A stretch of 64,000 nt of DNA from Pseudomonadota bacterium (GTDB taxonomy: Bacteria > Bdellovibrionota > Bdellovibrionia > Bdellovibrionales > Bdellovibrionaceae), in the NCBI GenBank assembly GCA_041178425.1, contig JBEGVH010000031.1, positions 135,206 to 199,205 of the forward strand. The letters are read 5' to 3'. The notes beneath the pieces were generated by a model. The model searched no databases and was not told the DNA's origin. It saw only the letters and a list, made by a program, of their open reading frames with translations. The translations under genes and the position numbers were made by a program. Position 1 is the stretch's first letter. Each line of letters starts with the position of its first letter. Below, in pieces: positions 52,391 through 62,054 of this stretch.

Positions 52391-53263
52391 ATGAGTATTG
52401 AAGTTGGACAAGACGTAACCTTATGCGAAGCAACGGCGATGCCGAAAGGCCAAGCTATTGATTTATCTAAAAAAGGTTCGCCCGTGAAGGTGGGTCAGAT
52501 CACCGTGGGTGGACCTGATTTTGCCGTTATTGCTGGTCCGTGTTCGATTGAATCTGCTCAACAATTTTCTGAGACGGCTCAGTTTGTGAGTTCTATGGGC
52601 GCGGCCTTCTTGCGTGGAGGCATCTGGAAGCTTCGAACCAGTGCTGATTCTTTTCAGGGGCTCGGTCCTTCTGCCTTCAATTTTATTAAAGAGATCTGCC
52701 AAAACGTGAATTTGCCCCTTTGTTCTGAGGTCACCGACATTCGTCAAATAGAAATGGTTGATGATATTGTTGGTGTTTATCAGGTGGGTTCGCGCAATAT
52801 GCATAACTATGAGCTCCTTAAAGAGCTTGGCAAAACCAGAAAACCAATCGTGCTCAAGCGTGGTTTTGCGGCCCTAGTGGATGAGTGGATCAAGGCGGCT
52901 GATTATATCATTCGCGGTGGTAACGACCAGGTCATTCTCTGTGAACGTGGTATTCGTACCTTCGAAACAGCCACTCGTAACACGCTCGATTTAAACTCTG
53001 TTGTTTACCTTAAAAAACACACGAACTTTCCGGTAATTGTTGATCCATCACATGCGGTGGGAGTGCGTGATCTTGTTCCATCTCTGGCTTATGCGGCAGC
53101 TGCTTCGGGTGCCGATGGTATTATCGTTGAAGTGCATCCGCGTCCTCAAGAGGCCCTCTCTGATGGGCCGCAGGCTCTAACTTTCTCTGATTTTGAAACT
53201 CTTATGAAGCGAACCGAGGCTATTTTAGCTGCTTTCGATAAAAAAATTGCGAGACCTCTATGA
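52391..53263 (+). CDS. aroF: DAHP synthase, type I-beta
   Basis: [48 protein letters not shown]. Start uncertain. Confidence 0.9.
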   Translation: MSIEVGQDVTLCEATAMPKGQAIDLSKKGSPVKVGQITVGGPDFAVIAGPCSIESAQQFSETAQFVSSMGAAFLRGGIWKLRTSADSFQGLGPSAFNFIKEICQNVNLPLCSEVTDIRQIEMVDDIVGVYQVGSRNMHNYELLKELGKTRKPIVLKRGFAALVDEWIKAADYIIRGGNDQVILCERGIRTFETATRNTLDLNSVVYLKKHTNFPVIVDPSHAVGVRDLVPSLAYAAAASGADGIIVEVHPRPQEALSDGPQALTFSDFETLMKRTEAILAAFDKKIARPL

Positions 53264-53976
53264 ACACTCAAGTAACCGCTAAAAATCCCAACACGGTAAA
53301 ATCAATGTTTGCCAGTGTTGCGCAAAACTATGATCGCGCTAACTCTGTTCTCTCAATGGGAATTCACCATTTGTGGCGTTCAAAGTTGGTAAAGCTTGTG
53401 GGTGCAAAAGAGGGCCAAAAGGTTCTCGATTGTGCTACTGGCACCGGTGATTTAGCGATTACCTTTAAGCGTGCTGTGGGCGCGACCGGGGCGGTGATAG
53501 GTACTGATTTCTGTGAAGAGATGTTGGCGCATGCTCCGGGCAAAGCCAAAGCCCTTGGGCTTGATATTAAATTCGAACTTGCCGACGTGATGAACCTTCC
53601 ATACGCCGACGATTCTTTTGATATCGCAAGCATCTCTTTTGGTATTCGTAACGTGGCTGATCCGGTGAAGGGCGTTTCTGAAATGGCTCGCGCCGTGAAG
53701 TCAGGCGGTAAGGTGGTTGTTCTTGAGTTTGGCCAAGTGGATATTCCTGTGATTGGTCCACTCTACAATTGGTATTCGCAAAAAGTTTTGCCAACCATTG
53801 GTGGTTGGGTGACTGGTCAGAAAAAAGCCTACCAATATCTTCAAGAGTCTTCAGCGGCCTTTCCTTGCCGCGAGAACTTTTGTGCCTTGATGAAGCAGAC
53901 AGGCGCCTTTTCCAAAGTGGAGTTTCACTCACTTTCATTTGGGATCGCCTACATCTACATCGCTACGAAAAAATAA
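53260..53976 (+). CDS. ubiE: Demethylmenaquinone/ubiquinone methyltransferase
   Basis: MF..VA..YD..N..LS.G.H..W, LDCATGTGD, SFGIRNV, Y.YL.ES...FP. Confidence 0.95.
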   Translation: MNTQVTAKNPNTVKSMFASVAQNYDRANSVLSMGIHHLWRSKLVKLVGAKEGQKVLDCATGTGDLAITFKRAVGATGAVIGTDFCEEMLAHAPGKAKALGLDIKFELADVMNLPYADDSFDIASISFGIRNVADPVKGVSEMARAVKSGGKVVVLEFGQVDIPVIGPLYNWYSQKVLPTIGGWVTGQKKAYQYLQESSAAFPCRENFCALMKQTGAFSKVEFHSLSFGIAYIYIATKK

Positions 53977-54011
53977 TATAAAAACAATAGCTTAATTTCT
54001 TTCATTCAATC

Positions 54012-54040
54012 AGGGGTTGCATATACGCAACCCCTTTTAT
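54012..54040. terminator. Rho-independent terminator
   Basis: aggggttgc-atatac-gcaacccct followed by tttat. Confidence 0.85.
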
Positions 54041-54092
54041 GCATTAGAGCCATGAGTGTGCTGACGGTTTCCGAGCTATCATTGAGAATCTT

Positions 54093-55760
54093 TTACCGTT
54101 TCTTCCAATAGGCCCATCCGCCAAAAAGAATGGCGAGGGTGTAGCCGACAAAGCTTGAGAGCGGCAAACCCAAAACTTCGCGTGTGCTTGGTTGGCCAAG
54201 AGAAACAGTGGCGCTAATTATCAAACTCGCAATGATTAAGCCCCAATACATCATTACGCCAAAGCGATCGATCGCCTTGGGAACCTCGCTGATGCCCAAA
54301 AGATCCACGCGCAAGGCGTATCCCGGGTGGTTGATCTTGCGAAGGGCTTGGCGCAACTGCCGCGGCAAAACATACAAGAGGTTTTTGGAATCTCTTAATA
54401 CCTCAAACAACTCGGTGCTGATCTTTTGCGGATCATATTGGGTTTTTGCCAGTTGCATGGCGAACTCGAGCGCATAATGGAGAAAATCAAAGTCTTTGAT
54501 AATTCGACGGCTCAACCCTTCGATGGTAACGATGGATTTAAAGAACATCATCATTTCGGTGGGAAGTGCCACGTGGTTCTTGGTCGCAACCGAAGAAGAG
54601 TTCATCAGCACACGTCCTAAATTGACGCTCTTAAGAGTGAGGCCGTAATAAGGCGCCACCACATCACGAAGTTCACGCGCAAATTTATCCACGTCGGTTT
54701 TTTCGTTGAAGGGCGCAAGGTTAACATACTCTTCGGCCAAGCGATCATAATCTTCGGTGGCCAGAGCGAGCAGCATATTGGCAATGGCGGTTTGGGTTTT
54801 ACGGTTAATTCTGCCCACCACGCCAAAATCAATGAGACCAATTCTGTTCCCGGGGAGAATGAAAAAGTTTCCGGCGTGCAAATCTCCATGAAAAAAACCG
54901 TAGTTAAAAACCATTTCCATATAGCAGCGTAAGCCGGCCTTAACGATGGCTTCGCGGTCTAATGAGGGATCTTTCAAGGCCTCTTCTGAGCTGAGCGGAA
55001 TTCCCTTGAGTGCCTCCAGCACCAAAACGCGCTCAGTAGAAAGCTCTAAATAAACTTTAGGTATGTAGATGTGGTCGTCTTTAGCAAAGTTTTCTGCAAA
55101 TCGGCGAATATTATTAGCTTCGATGAGAAAGTTGGTTTCGAGTTCAAGAGTTTTAAAGTACTCGTCAACAATACCAACCGGATTATAAGGCCGAGTCTCT
55201 TCGATGTATTTTTCGAGAAGCTCTGCTAAAAAATAAAGAACACTTAAATCATCATTAATAGTAGCAACAATCCCTGGTCGCTGAACCTTGACGACCACCT
55301 CGGTGCCGTCTTTGAGTTTAGCTAAATGCACTTGAGCGATACTCGCCGAGCCCAGGGGCTTTGGATCAAAAAAATCAAAATTTTGATGGAGGCTATCGCC
55401 GAATTCTTCTTTGAGAACCTGTTCAACGACTTCGAAACTCAATGGCAAAACGTCGGCGTGCAGTTTCTCAAACTCCGACACCCAAGAGGCGGGCACTAAA
55501 TCAGGGCGAGTGGCCAGAAGCTGCCCGAGTTTTACATATGTAGGCCCGAGCTCTTCAAAGCTCATACGAATACGTTGCGCAACACTGAGGTGTTCGAGCT
55601 CAGCGTCGGGCGTGATTTTTTCCAAAATGTAGCGACCCAGCTGGAGTCGCTCAAGAATGTTATGAAAGCCGTGTCTAGCGAAGACGGCGAGAATTGTTCT
55701 TAGTCTTCCCGCGTTTTTTAGAGTCTTTCCCAGAGTCTTTCCTGTCTCGATGATCCGCAC
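54093..55760 (-). CDS. ubiB: UbiB/AarF/ABC1 family kinase-like protein
   Basis: LGPTYVKLGQ, ASIAQVH, VKVQRP, FFHGDLHAGN, IDFG, two C-terminal TM helices. GTG at 55760 follows GAGGGG. Confidence 0.9.
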   Translation of the reverse strand: MRIIETGKTLGKTLKNAGRLRTILAVFARHGFHNILERLQLGRYILEKITPDAELEHLSVAQRIRMSFEELGPTYVKLGQLLATRPDLVPASWVSEFEKLHADVLPLSFEVVEQVLKEEFGDSLHQNFDFFDPKPLGSASIAQVHLAKLKDGTEVVVKVQRPGIVATINDDLSVLYFLAELLEKYIEETRPYNPVGIVDEYFKTLELETNFLIEANNIRRFAENFAKDDHIYIPKVYLELSTERVLVLEALKGIPLSSEEALKDPSLDREAIVKAGLRCYMEMVFNYGFFHGDLHAGNFFILPGNRIGLIDFGVVGRINRKTQTAIANMLLALATEDYDRLAEEYVNLAPFNEKTDVDKFARELRDVVAPYYGLTLKSVNLGRVLMNSSSVATKNHVALPTEMMMFFKSIVTIEGLSRRIIKDFDFLHYALEFAMQLAKTQYDPQKISTELFEVLRDSKNLLYVLPRQLRQALRKINHPGYALRVDLLGISEVPKAIDRFGVMMYWGLIIASLIISATVSLGQPSTREVLGLPLSSFVGYTLAILFGGWAYWKKR

Positions 55761-58218
55761 CTTTCGAACCCCCCTCAATACTTCTATCGAGTTTATCTAA
55801 AATATCTAAAAACCTACTCTTAAGACTTTTTGGTTTAGCCTTTTCAGTTTCTTTTGGTGGCGAGGCTTTTTGCTCAGAAGCTTTTGGAGCAGGAGCCACC
55901 GCTTTTCGTCGTGACTCTAAAAACTCTTTGAGGGAGTCTTTGCTTGAGTTTCCTGGCTCCTCATCGCGATCAAATATTCGCTTAACTGAACCTTTACGCT
56001 TTTCACCTTTTTTCTCAAAAAACTTCTCTTTACTGTGACGCCCCTTATTGGGTTGGCCCCGCTCCGCGGTGGGTTTTGAGCGATCGGGAGCCCCTGCTTT
56101 TGATCGCTCTTTATCGTCGGGTTTATGGCCCTTTCTTCGATCGTGACGATCGTCACCCTTTGGTTTGTCATGGCGGTCGCGGTGATTTTTATCGCGGCCC
56201 CTTTTTGATTTTTCACGAGGGCGCGAGCCCCAAGGAGTTTCTTGGCGATCGCCCTCTTGGCTTGAGGCGCGGCGGCTTTTTCGCGTGACCTTGTGTTCGG
56301 GGTCTAGGTCAAAGTTAATCTGCCCCAGCTCAACATCGACGCTGGTAACAGTAACCTTCACCATTTGCCCGAGTTTAAAAACTGTGTGTGATCGTTCACC
56401 CATGAGTCGCAGATTGTCTTCGTCGAAAACCCAGCGATCATCTCCAAGATTTTCAAGTTTAACGAGCCCATCAATGTCAAACTCACGAAGCAACACAAAA
56501 GCTCCAAATCGCGCAATGGAGCTGATCATTCCGGTAAACTCTTTGCCCACAAAGCGCTGGATAAAGCGGGCCTTCTTGATACCCATAAATTGGCGTTCAC
56601 ACTTAACGGCTCTTTGCTCCGTCGATGACAAAATCGTTCCCGCCGTGGTGAGATCATCAATAGACGGCATTGGGTATTTGTTCTCAGACACCACATAGTG
56701 CTTCAATAATCGATGCACAATCAAATCAGGGTATCGCCGAATTGGCGAAGTAAAATGAGTGTAGGTTGCAAACCCTAGTCCGAAGTGTCCAATGTTATTT
56801 GAGCTATATTTGGCTTGGCTCAAAGAGCGTAAAGTTAAAATACTAATGATCTGCCCCTCGGCATGATCGGCAAATTGTTCGAGGGCCTTTGAGAGTTTCT
56901 TTTGCAGCTTTTCGCCGCCCAATCGAATGTGCGAACCGAGGTTGTGAAGGTAAACCTCAAGAAGCTTAATTGAGTCGGGGCTTGGGTCTTCGTGAACCCG
57001 ATAAATCGCGCCTTGCTCTTTGCGCTCAAGAAACTCAGCAACAGCCACGTTGGCCGCGAGCATGAGCTCTTCGATAAGGCGATGGGCAAAAAGCCGTTCA
57101 GATTTTTGCACGTCGATCGGATTGCCGCTCGCATCGATGGTGAGTTCTGTTTGCGAGATATTTAAATCTAAGGAGCCCTCTCGAAAACGGCGAATCATCA
57201 AAACCTTTGCTAAGTCTGAGCAGCGAAGGATCGTCTCTTTAACATGGTTAAACTTTTCGATATCAGTTCCGTCAATAATCTCTTGGGCCTCACCATAAGT
57301 CACTCGGGCCTGACTCTTCATAACAGCTTCGTAGAACTTTGATTTTTGAATTTGGCCTTGAAAATCAAAGTGCATATCGGCCACCAAACAAAGGCGGGGC
57401 ACATTCGGCTTTAGCGAGCAGAGACCATTACTCAGAATTTCTGGAAGCATCGGCACAACGTGGTTTGGAAAGTAAACGCTTGTTCCCCGATCGTAGGCAT
57501 CCTGATCTAGAGCTGTGCCGGGCTTAACGTAGTGGCTCACATCGGCAATCGCTACGATTAAATGAAAGCCGGTGTCGGTCATTTCAGTGTAAACGGCATC
57601 GTCAAAATCTTTTGCCGTGGCGCCATCGATGGTGATGAGCGGAAGATCCATGAGGCTCTTACGAGACTTCCAATCCGAAGGGAGCGGATCTTCATCAAGG
57701 CTTGCCACTTCGGTGAGCGTGGCTCGCGAAAACTCTTCGGGCACATTCTGCATTCTCAAAACGCGCTTTACATCTGTGAGCGGATCTTCGGCATTGCCGA
57801 TCACCTCGATGACTTTACCCGTAAAAGGTGTGCCTTCACCCGGATAGGTAAGGATCTCGATCTGCACCAGATCGCCATCTTTACCTTTGAGGGCGTCTTC
57901 TTTTTTAATCTTGAGGTTCTGCCCCCAGCCTTTTGAGTCGTCGGGAATTAAAAACCAAAGATCATTTTGAGTGGTGAGGCGCCCAACCAGTTTATTGGTG
58001 CCCCTTGACGTTATCTCAATGATTTCGCCATGGTAGCGATTGTCGCCACGAGATTTAAAAACCTTTGCCGAAACGCGATCATTGGTCATCACGCCGGTCA
58101 TAAAATGCTTAGGAATATAAACGTCAGCATGTTCTGGGTTGTCTGGAATCAAGAAGCCGAATCCATCGGCGTGTCTTTTAATAATACCGGTAATTAGAGA
58201 ATTTTTATCTTTTGTCAT
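55675..58218 (-). CDS. rnr: Ribonuclease R
   Basis: H.DGFGF, TIDG.TAKDFDDA, RGTSVY, IEELML.AN, HFTSPIRRYPDL, S1 domain, long basic tail. ATG at 58218. Confidence 0.95.
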   Translation of the reverse strand: MTKDKNSLITGIIKRHADGFGFLIPDNPEHADVYIPKHFMTGVMTNDRVSAKVFKSRGDNRYHGEIIEITSRGTNKLVGRLTTQNDLWFLIPDDSKGWGQNLKIKKEDALKGKDGDLVQIEILTYPGEGTPFTGKVIEVIGNAEDPLTDVKRVLRMQNVPEEFSRATLTEVASLDEDPLPSDWKSRKSLMDLPLITIDGATAKDFDDAVYTEMTDTGFHLIVAIADVSHYVKPGTALDQDAYDRGTSVYFPNHVVPMLPEILSNGLCSLKPNVPRLCLVADMHFDFQGQIQKSKFYEAVMKSQARVTYGEAQEIIDGTDIEKFNHVKETILRCSDLAKVLMIRRFREGSLDLNISQTELTIDASGNPIDVQKSERLFAHRLIEELMLAANVAVAEFLERKEQGAIYRVHEDPSPDSIKLLEVYLHNLGSHIRLGGEKLQKKLSKALEQFADHAEGQIISILTLRSLSQAKYSSNNIGHFGLGFATYTHFTSPIRRYPDLIVHRLLKHYVVSENKYPMPSIDDLTTAGTILSSTEQRAVKCERQFMGIKKARFIQRFVGKEFTGMISSIARFGAFVLLREFDIDGLVKLENLGDDRWVFDEDNLRLMGERSHTVFKLGQMVKVTVTSVDVELGQINFDLDPEHKVTRKSRRASSQEGDRQETPWGSRPREKSKRGRDKNHRDRHDKPKGDDRHDRRKGHKPDDKERSKAGAPDRSKPTAERGQPNKGRHSKEKFFEKKGEKRKGSVKRIFDRDEEPGNSSKDSLKEFLESRRKAVAPAPKASEQKASPPKETEKAKPKSLKSRFLDILDKLDRSIEGGSKGADHRDRKDSGKDSKKRGKTKNNSRRLR

Positions 58219-58301
58219 TGCTGGGGATTCTAACACGCTTCTCTCGAAACGCTAGATAAAAAGAGGGGAGAGGGAGCTTGGTGTTTTTAAATCTTTCAAA
58301 G

Positions 58302-58328
58302 GAAAGCAATTTAGTCTAAAACCGATAT
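58302..58328 (+). promoter_or_regulatory. Possible sigma28-type promoter for the HEPN-MNT pair
   Basis: GAAA-N15-ACCGATAT. Confidence 0.35.
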
Positions 58329-58353
58329 TGTTAATTTGAGGTGAGGAACTATC

Positions 58354-58800
58354 ATGGCTGATTTGTCTAAATATCGAGATCTTGAAAATAAATACGCAGA
58401 GTACCTTTTAAAGGCGACAAAGCACCTTGAGTATTCGCTCAACAAGTCTCACGTGCTCCCAAAAGAACTCGATAAAAATACCGAGGAATCACTCGAAGGC
58501 TGGGAAGGGCTCACGGCTCGATTTGCCAGGGTGGTAGATATTTTTCTTACTAAATACATTAAAGCCAAGGTGAAGAGCGATGATCCCATTTTTGATGGAA
58601 CCCTCAGAGACTACCTCAATATGGCGGAAAAAGCTAAATTGATAGAGAACGTCGATCACTGGCTTTCTTTAAGAGAACTTCGAAACATTCAAGCCCATGA
58701 TTATACCAACGAAGCCTTTCAGCAATTTATTACGGCTATACAGATCGAGTCTCAGTTTGTTCTTTCGGAAATGAAGAAATTAGGTTTGTATGCGCCTTAG
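58354..58800 (+). CDS. HEPN-domain toxin (HI0074-like)
   Basis: RF motif and RNIQAHDY = R-X4-H-X-Y. Confidence 0.85.
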   Translation: MADLSKYRDLENKYAEYLLKATKHLEYSLNKSHVLPKELDKNTEESLEGWEGLTARFARVVDIFLTKYIKAKVKSDDPIFDGTLRDYLNMAEKAKLIENVDHWLSLRELRNIQAHDYTNEAFQQFITAIQIESQFVLSEMKKLGLYAP

Positions 58801-59110
58801 TGAAGAAGACCTGCAGGGTTTAAAAAAAGGCCTCACTGAATTTTTAGCGACTTATAGTGACCTTCAGGTTTATCTCTTTGGAAGTCGTACCGACGACTCT
58901 AAAAAGGGTGGCGACATCGACTTGCTTTTGGTTGTGCGCGCGGAAGATCTTGAAAGTCTGCAACTTAACAAGCATCGCGCGATAACGGCGGCTAAAAAAT
59001 ACATCGATGACCAAAAGCTCGATCTCACCATTCGTTCGAGAGAGGCCCTCGCAACCGATGTTTTTTATCAATCCATTCAAAATTCTCTGATTTTGCTTTT
59101 TAAAAAATAA
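58790..59110 (+). CDS. Minimal nucleotidyltransferase (MNT) antitoxin
   Basis: YLFGSR.DD...GGDIDLL plus third Asp (KLD); overlaps the HEPN gene. Confidence 0.88.
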   Translation: MRLSEEDLQGLKKGLTEFLATYSDLQVYLFGSRTDDSKKGGDIDLLLVVRAEDLESLQLNKHRAITAAKKYIDDQKLDLTIRSREALATDVFYQSIQNSLILLFKK

Positions 59111-59374
59111 GCCTACGGGAATCTAACTAGACCTTAGTCTTGCAAAAACAAGTAAGGTGCAATCTGAAGTCAAAAGTCTGAGCGCAATTTTTAACGATGA
59201 CAAGTAAAGAAAAATTTATCGCGGAGCAGATAAAGGTCCTAATATAAAGCGTCAACAGCATAAATAAATCCTATTTTAGTGTGTGTAAAATATAAAACAG
59301 AGGGCTCCGCAACCGCTAGGGGCGTGAGTTTTAAAGCGGCCTTAATTTCTATCCAAAAGCGCTTTTTGAAAAAG

Positions 59375-59406
59375 TTGACACACAAATTTATTGTGCTTTC
59401 TATACT
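59375..59406 (+). promoter_or_regulatory. Sigma70-type promoter with over-long spacer and internal dyad
   Basis: TTGACA-N20-TATACT with CACAA-N5-TTGTG (59381-59395) in the spacer. Confidence 0.5.
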
Positions 59407-59504
59407 AAACAAAAATCCATTGCGCCTAAAAATGGGCCTTATTACAGTCTAGGAGTAGGAAACAAAAAATAAGAGACGCAAGTCTTTAACGAAAGGAATA
59501 CGTT

Positions 59505-60599
59505 ATGAAAAAGACGCTCTACTTCTTTGCAGCTATGACTTTAGTTGCATCTTCTGCGATGGCATCTAAGGCTCGCTTATCTGCACTTGGAAACTCGCAA
59601 GTCGCTGTTGACTCTGACATCCAAGGGATTTTCCAAAACCCTGCTTACATGCACTATGTAGGTGATTTCGCAACATTCGAAATGGGCGAAAAGGCTGGAA
59701 CGGCAGCTGAGGCTGTTGATAACGAGCCAAATCCAGAAGGTGGCTTCATCAGCACTATGGGAGATGCTAAGTTTGGTGTTTACTTGGGTAAACAATCAAC
59801 TGACACAAACTCTTTCAGAAAAGGTTTGAATACTGTTCTGGGCGCTGAACGTTTTCTTCAACAAGAAAATCCATTTGAAGTGTTCTACGGTGCCAAAGCT
59901 GGCGATTTGAACTGGGGTGCGAGTTTTACTTACTCAAACTCGGACCTCAAAACAACTGAGCAAAAGCAAAACGCAATGGGTCTTAGAATGGGTGTTCGCA
60001 CTGACGACTGGGCAGCATTTGCAAACGTAGGTCTTGGAAGTTCAGCAAAGAATGCAGCTGTTGGCGAAGTTAAGGGAACATCTGGTATTCAATTGGGTGG
60101 TCACTATATGATGGATAACATGAGAGTCTATGGTATCTACCAAGGTTCAGGAGCTAAGTTCACAACAGCTGCTGGAACAACTGGTATGGATGCGACTGTT
60201 GCCACTACTTCAATTGGTTTCACGAATGCATGGAAAAACGAAGGAAACCTTGCTTTCTACGGAGTGTCTTATGAAATGTATAACAAAGAAGATAAGACTT
60301 CAAAGAATGAAGAAGCTAGAACTTCATTGCCTGTAACTATCGGTGCTGAAGTTGCTGCAACTTCATGGATGAAGCTTCGTGGTTCAGTGGCTCAGAATGT
60401 ACTACTTGGATCAAAAAAGCTAACAGCGGCGGGTGTTGCTGGTAAAATCGACACTGCAACTCATGATACCGTTACGGCAGCTGGTGCTGGTTTCAACTGG
60501 GGACACAATAACTTAGATGTTGTGATGACTATGGGTACATCAGCTGAAGTTGATTCAACTAATTTTGGAACAAATGCTTCTTACACTTACATGTTCTAA
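59505..60599 (+). CDS. Major outer-membrane protein/porin paralog 1
   Basis: Signal peptide, SKARLSALG, beta-strands, C-terminal YTYMF; codon usage looks highly expressed, similar to groEL. Confidence 0.8.
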   Translation: MKKTLYFFAAMTLVASSAMASKARLSALGNSQVAVDSDIQGIFQNPAYMHYVGDFATFEMGEKAGTAAEAVDNEPNPEGGFISTMGDAKFGVYLGKQSTDTNSFRKGLNTVLGAERFLQQENPFEVFYGAKAGDLNWGASFTYSNSDLKTTEQKQNAMGLRMGVRTDDWAAFANVGLGSSAKNAAVGEVKGTSGIQLGGHYMMDNMRVYGIYQGSGAKFTTAAGTTGMDATVATTSIGFTNAWKNEGNLAFYGVSYEMYNKEDKTSKNEEARTSLPVTIGAEVAATSWMKLRGSVAQNVLLGSKKLTAAGVAGKIDTATHDTVTAAGAGFNWGHNNLDVVMTMGTSAEVDSTNFGTNASYTYMF

Positions 60600-60630
60600 T
60601 TAAAGAAAACGATTTAGAAAGGATTTAAAG

Positions 60631-61686
60631 ATGAAAGCAAAAATATTATTAGCATCTGCAATTGCTCTAACTGGTGTAACTAGTTTCGCAACTACTGCTC
60701 GACTTAACGCCCTTGGAAACGCAGTTCAACTAATCGACATTCAAAATGTTTTTCAAAGACCAACTGATATGCATCTGCTTGCAGACTCTATGGTTTTCGA
60801 ATTTGGAAATTCTCAAATTGGCCAGCCCACTCAAGGTGGTTTTGTAAGAACTATGGGTGAAGGAAAGCTTGGATTTTTCCTCGGCTACGGAGATAAAACT
60901 AGATCAATCGATATCGATGGTTCTGGTGCCGGAGCTGCAGCTGAAGCATTCCTCGGCGCTGAGAATCCGTTCACAGTTGCTTATGGCATGAAAACGGCAG
61001 ACATTCCTTGGGCTGTTGCCTTGACAAGCTCGTCTTCAGATATCAAGACGGCAAGCCAGAAGCAGGCAATGACTACTTTGAGCGCTTCAGCTGTATATTC
61101 TGACGTTACTATCAACGCAAACCTTGGTCTTGGAGATAGCGCAACAGGAATTACTGGTAACGCTACTCCCAAGTACACTGGAACAAACAATTCCTTGGGT
61201 GCTTGGTATGCAATGGGTGATTTGAACGTTTATGGTAAATACGCAGCCACTGGCGATAAAGTAGAAGGTGCTACAAACAATGGTGAAGCATCTGAGACAA
61301 ATCTAAGTGTCGGTGTTATCAATTCAGCTAAAAAAGAAGGTACTGAGTTCTTTTACGGTGCGTCTTATTTGATGAAGACAAATAAAGCCACTCCAACTGG
61401 CGGAACTGAAACAAAGACAGATGGCACTTATATGCCAGTCATCATCGGTCTAGAAGCTGATGCTGCATCTTGGTTGACTCTTCGTGGTTCTATCACTCAG
61501 AACGTTCTTTTGGGCGGTGAGAAAACAACTCAAACTAACACAATCTCCCACGATACAACCGTTGCTGCTGGTGCAGGGGTGAAGTTCAACAAAGCTTCAA
61601 TCGATATGACTCTCTCTATGGGAACATCTGGTTCTGTTAAAACAGATGATATCGGTGCTAACGCTGCTTTGAACTACATGTTCTAA
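60631..61686 (+). CDS. Major outer-membrane protein/porin paralog 2
   Basis: Shares ARL.ALGN, ENPF.V.YG.K, W..LRGS..QNVLLG, HDT..AAGAG and YMF with paralog 1. Confidence 0.8.
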   Translation: MKAKILLASAIALTGVTSFATTARLNALGNAVQLIDIQNVFQRPTDMHLLADSMVFEFGNSQIGQPTQGGFVRTMGEGKLGFFLGYGDKTRSIDIDGSGAGAAAEAFLGAENPFTVAYGMKTADIPWAVALTSSSSDIKTASQKQAMTTLSASAVYSDVTINANLGLGDSATGITGNATPKYTGTNNSLGAWYAMGDLNVYGKYAATGDKVEGATNNGEASETNLSVGVINSAKKEGTEFFYGASYLMKTNKATPTGGTETKTDGTYMPVIIGLEADAASWLTLRGSITQNVLLGGEKTTQTNTISHDTTVAAGAGVKFNKASIDMTLSMGTSGSVKTDDIGANAALNYMF

Positions 61687-61713
61687 TTTAGAACTCAGAG
61701 TTCAATTTAACTC

Positions 61714-61748
61714 AAACCCTCGGGTAACCCCCGGGGGTTTTTGTTTTT
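61714..61748 (+). terminator. Rho-independent terminator after the OMP pair
   Basis: aaaccctcggg-taacc-cccgggggttt followed by ttgttttt. Confidence 0.88.
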
Positions 61749-61907
61749 GGCGTGTTCGCTGTTCGGATGGCCATTTCGTTGATCGAATCTCAAGTCCTAT
61801 CTAATAACCTCAGAAACCCTGGCACGTCTTGCTTAATAGAGCCTCGGTCACTCCAACTGGCGAGGCTCCAAAACGAAGAAGACCCCCACTACACAGTGGA
61901 GGTCCAC

Positions 61908-62030
61908 ATGAAAAAACTATCTCACAAGCAAGATAGATTTCGGAAGTTCGTTAGAACAGCTAAAGCAGTTTTAGGTCTAGTTATGCTAGTGCTGAAAATA
62001 CTGAAGCTCCTGTTGGATCTCATATACTAG
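61908..62030 (+). CDS. 40-aa cationic amphipathic peptide, candidate type I toxin
   Basis: MKKLSHKQDRFRKFVRTAKAVLGLVMLVLKILKLLLDLIY; GGAGG SD. Versus copy 2: 5 synonymous codon changes and 33/40 identical residues. Confidence 0.75.
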   Translation: MKKLSHKQDRFRKFVRTAKAVLGLVMLVLKILKLLLDLIY

Positions 62031-62054
62031 TACGTGTTTTGGTTCTGGTACGTT

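Noticed and set aside
59440..59500. c-di-GMP-I riboswitch in the OMP leader (GACGCAA)
   Set aside because: Only a small GCAA-tetraloop hairpin; no GGCAAA/P2-P3 architecture.
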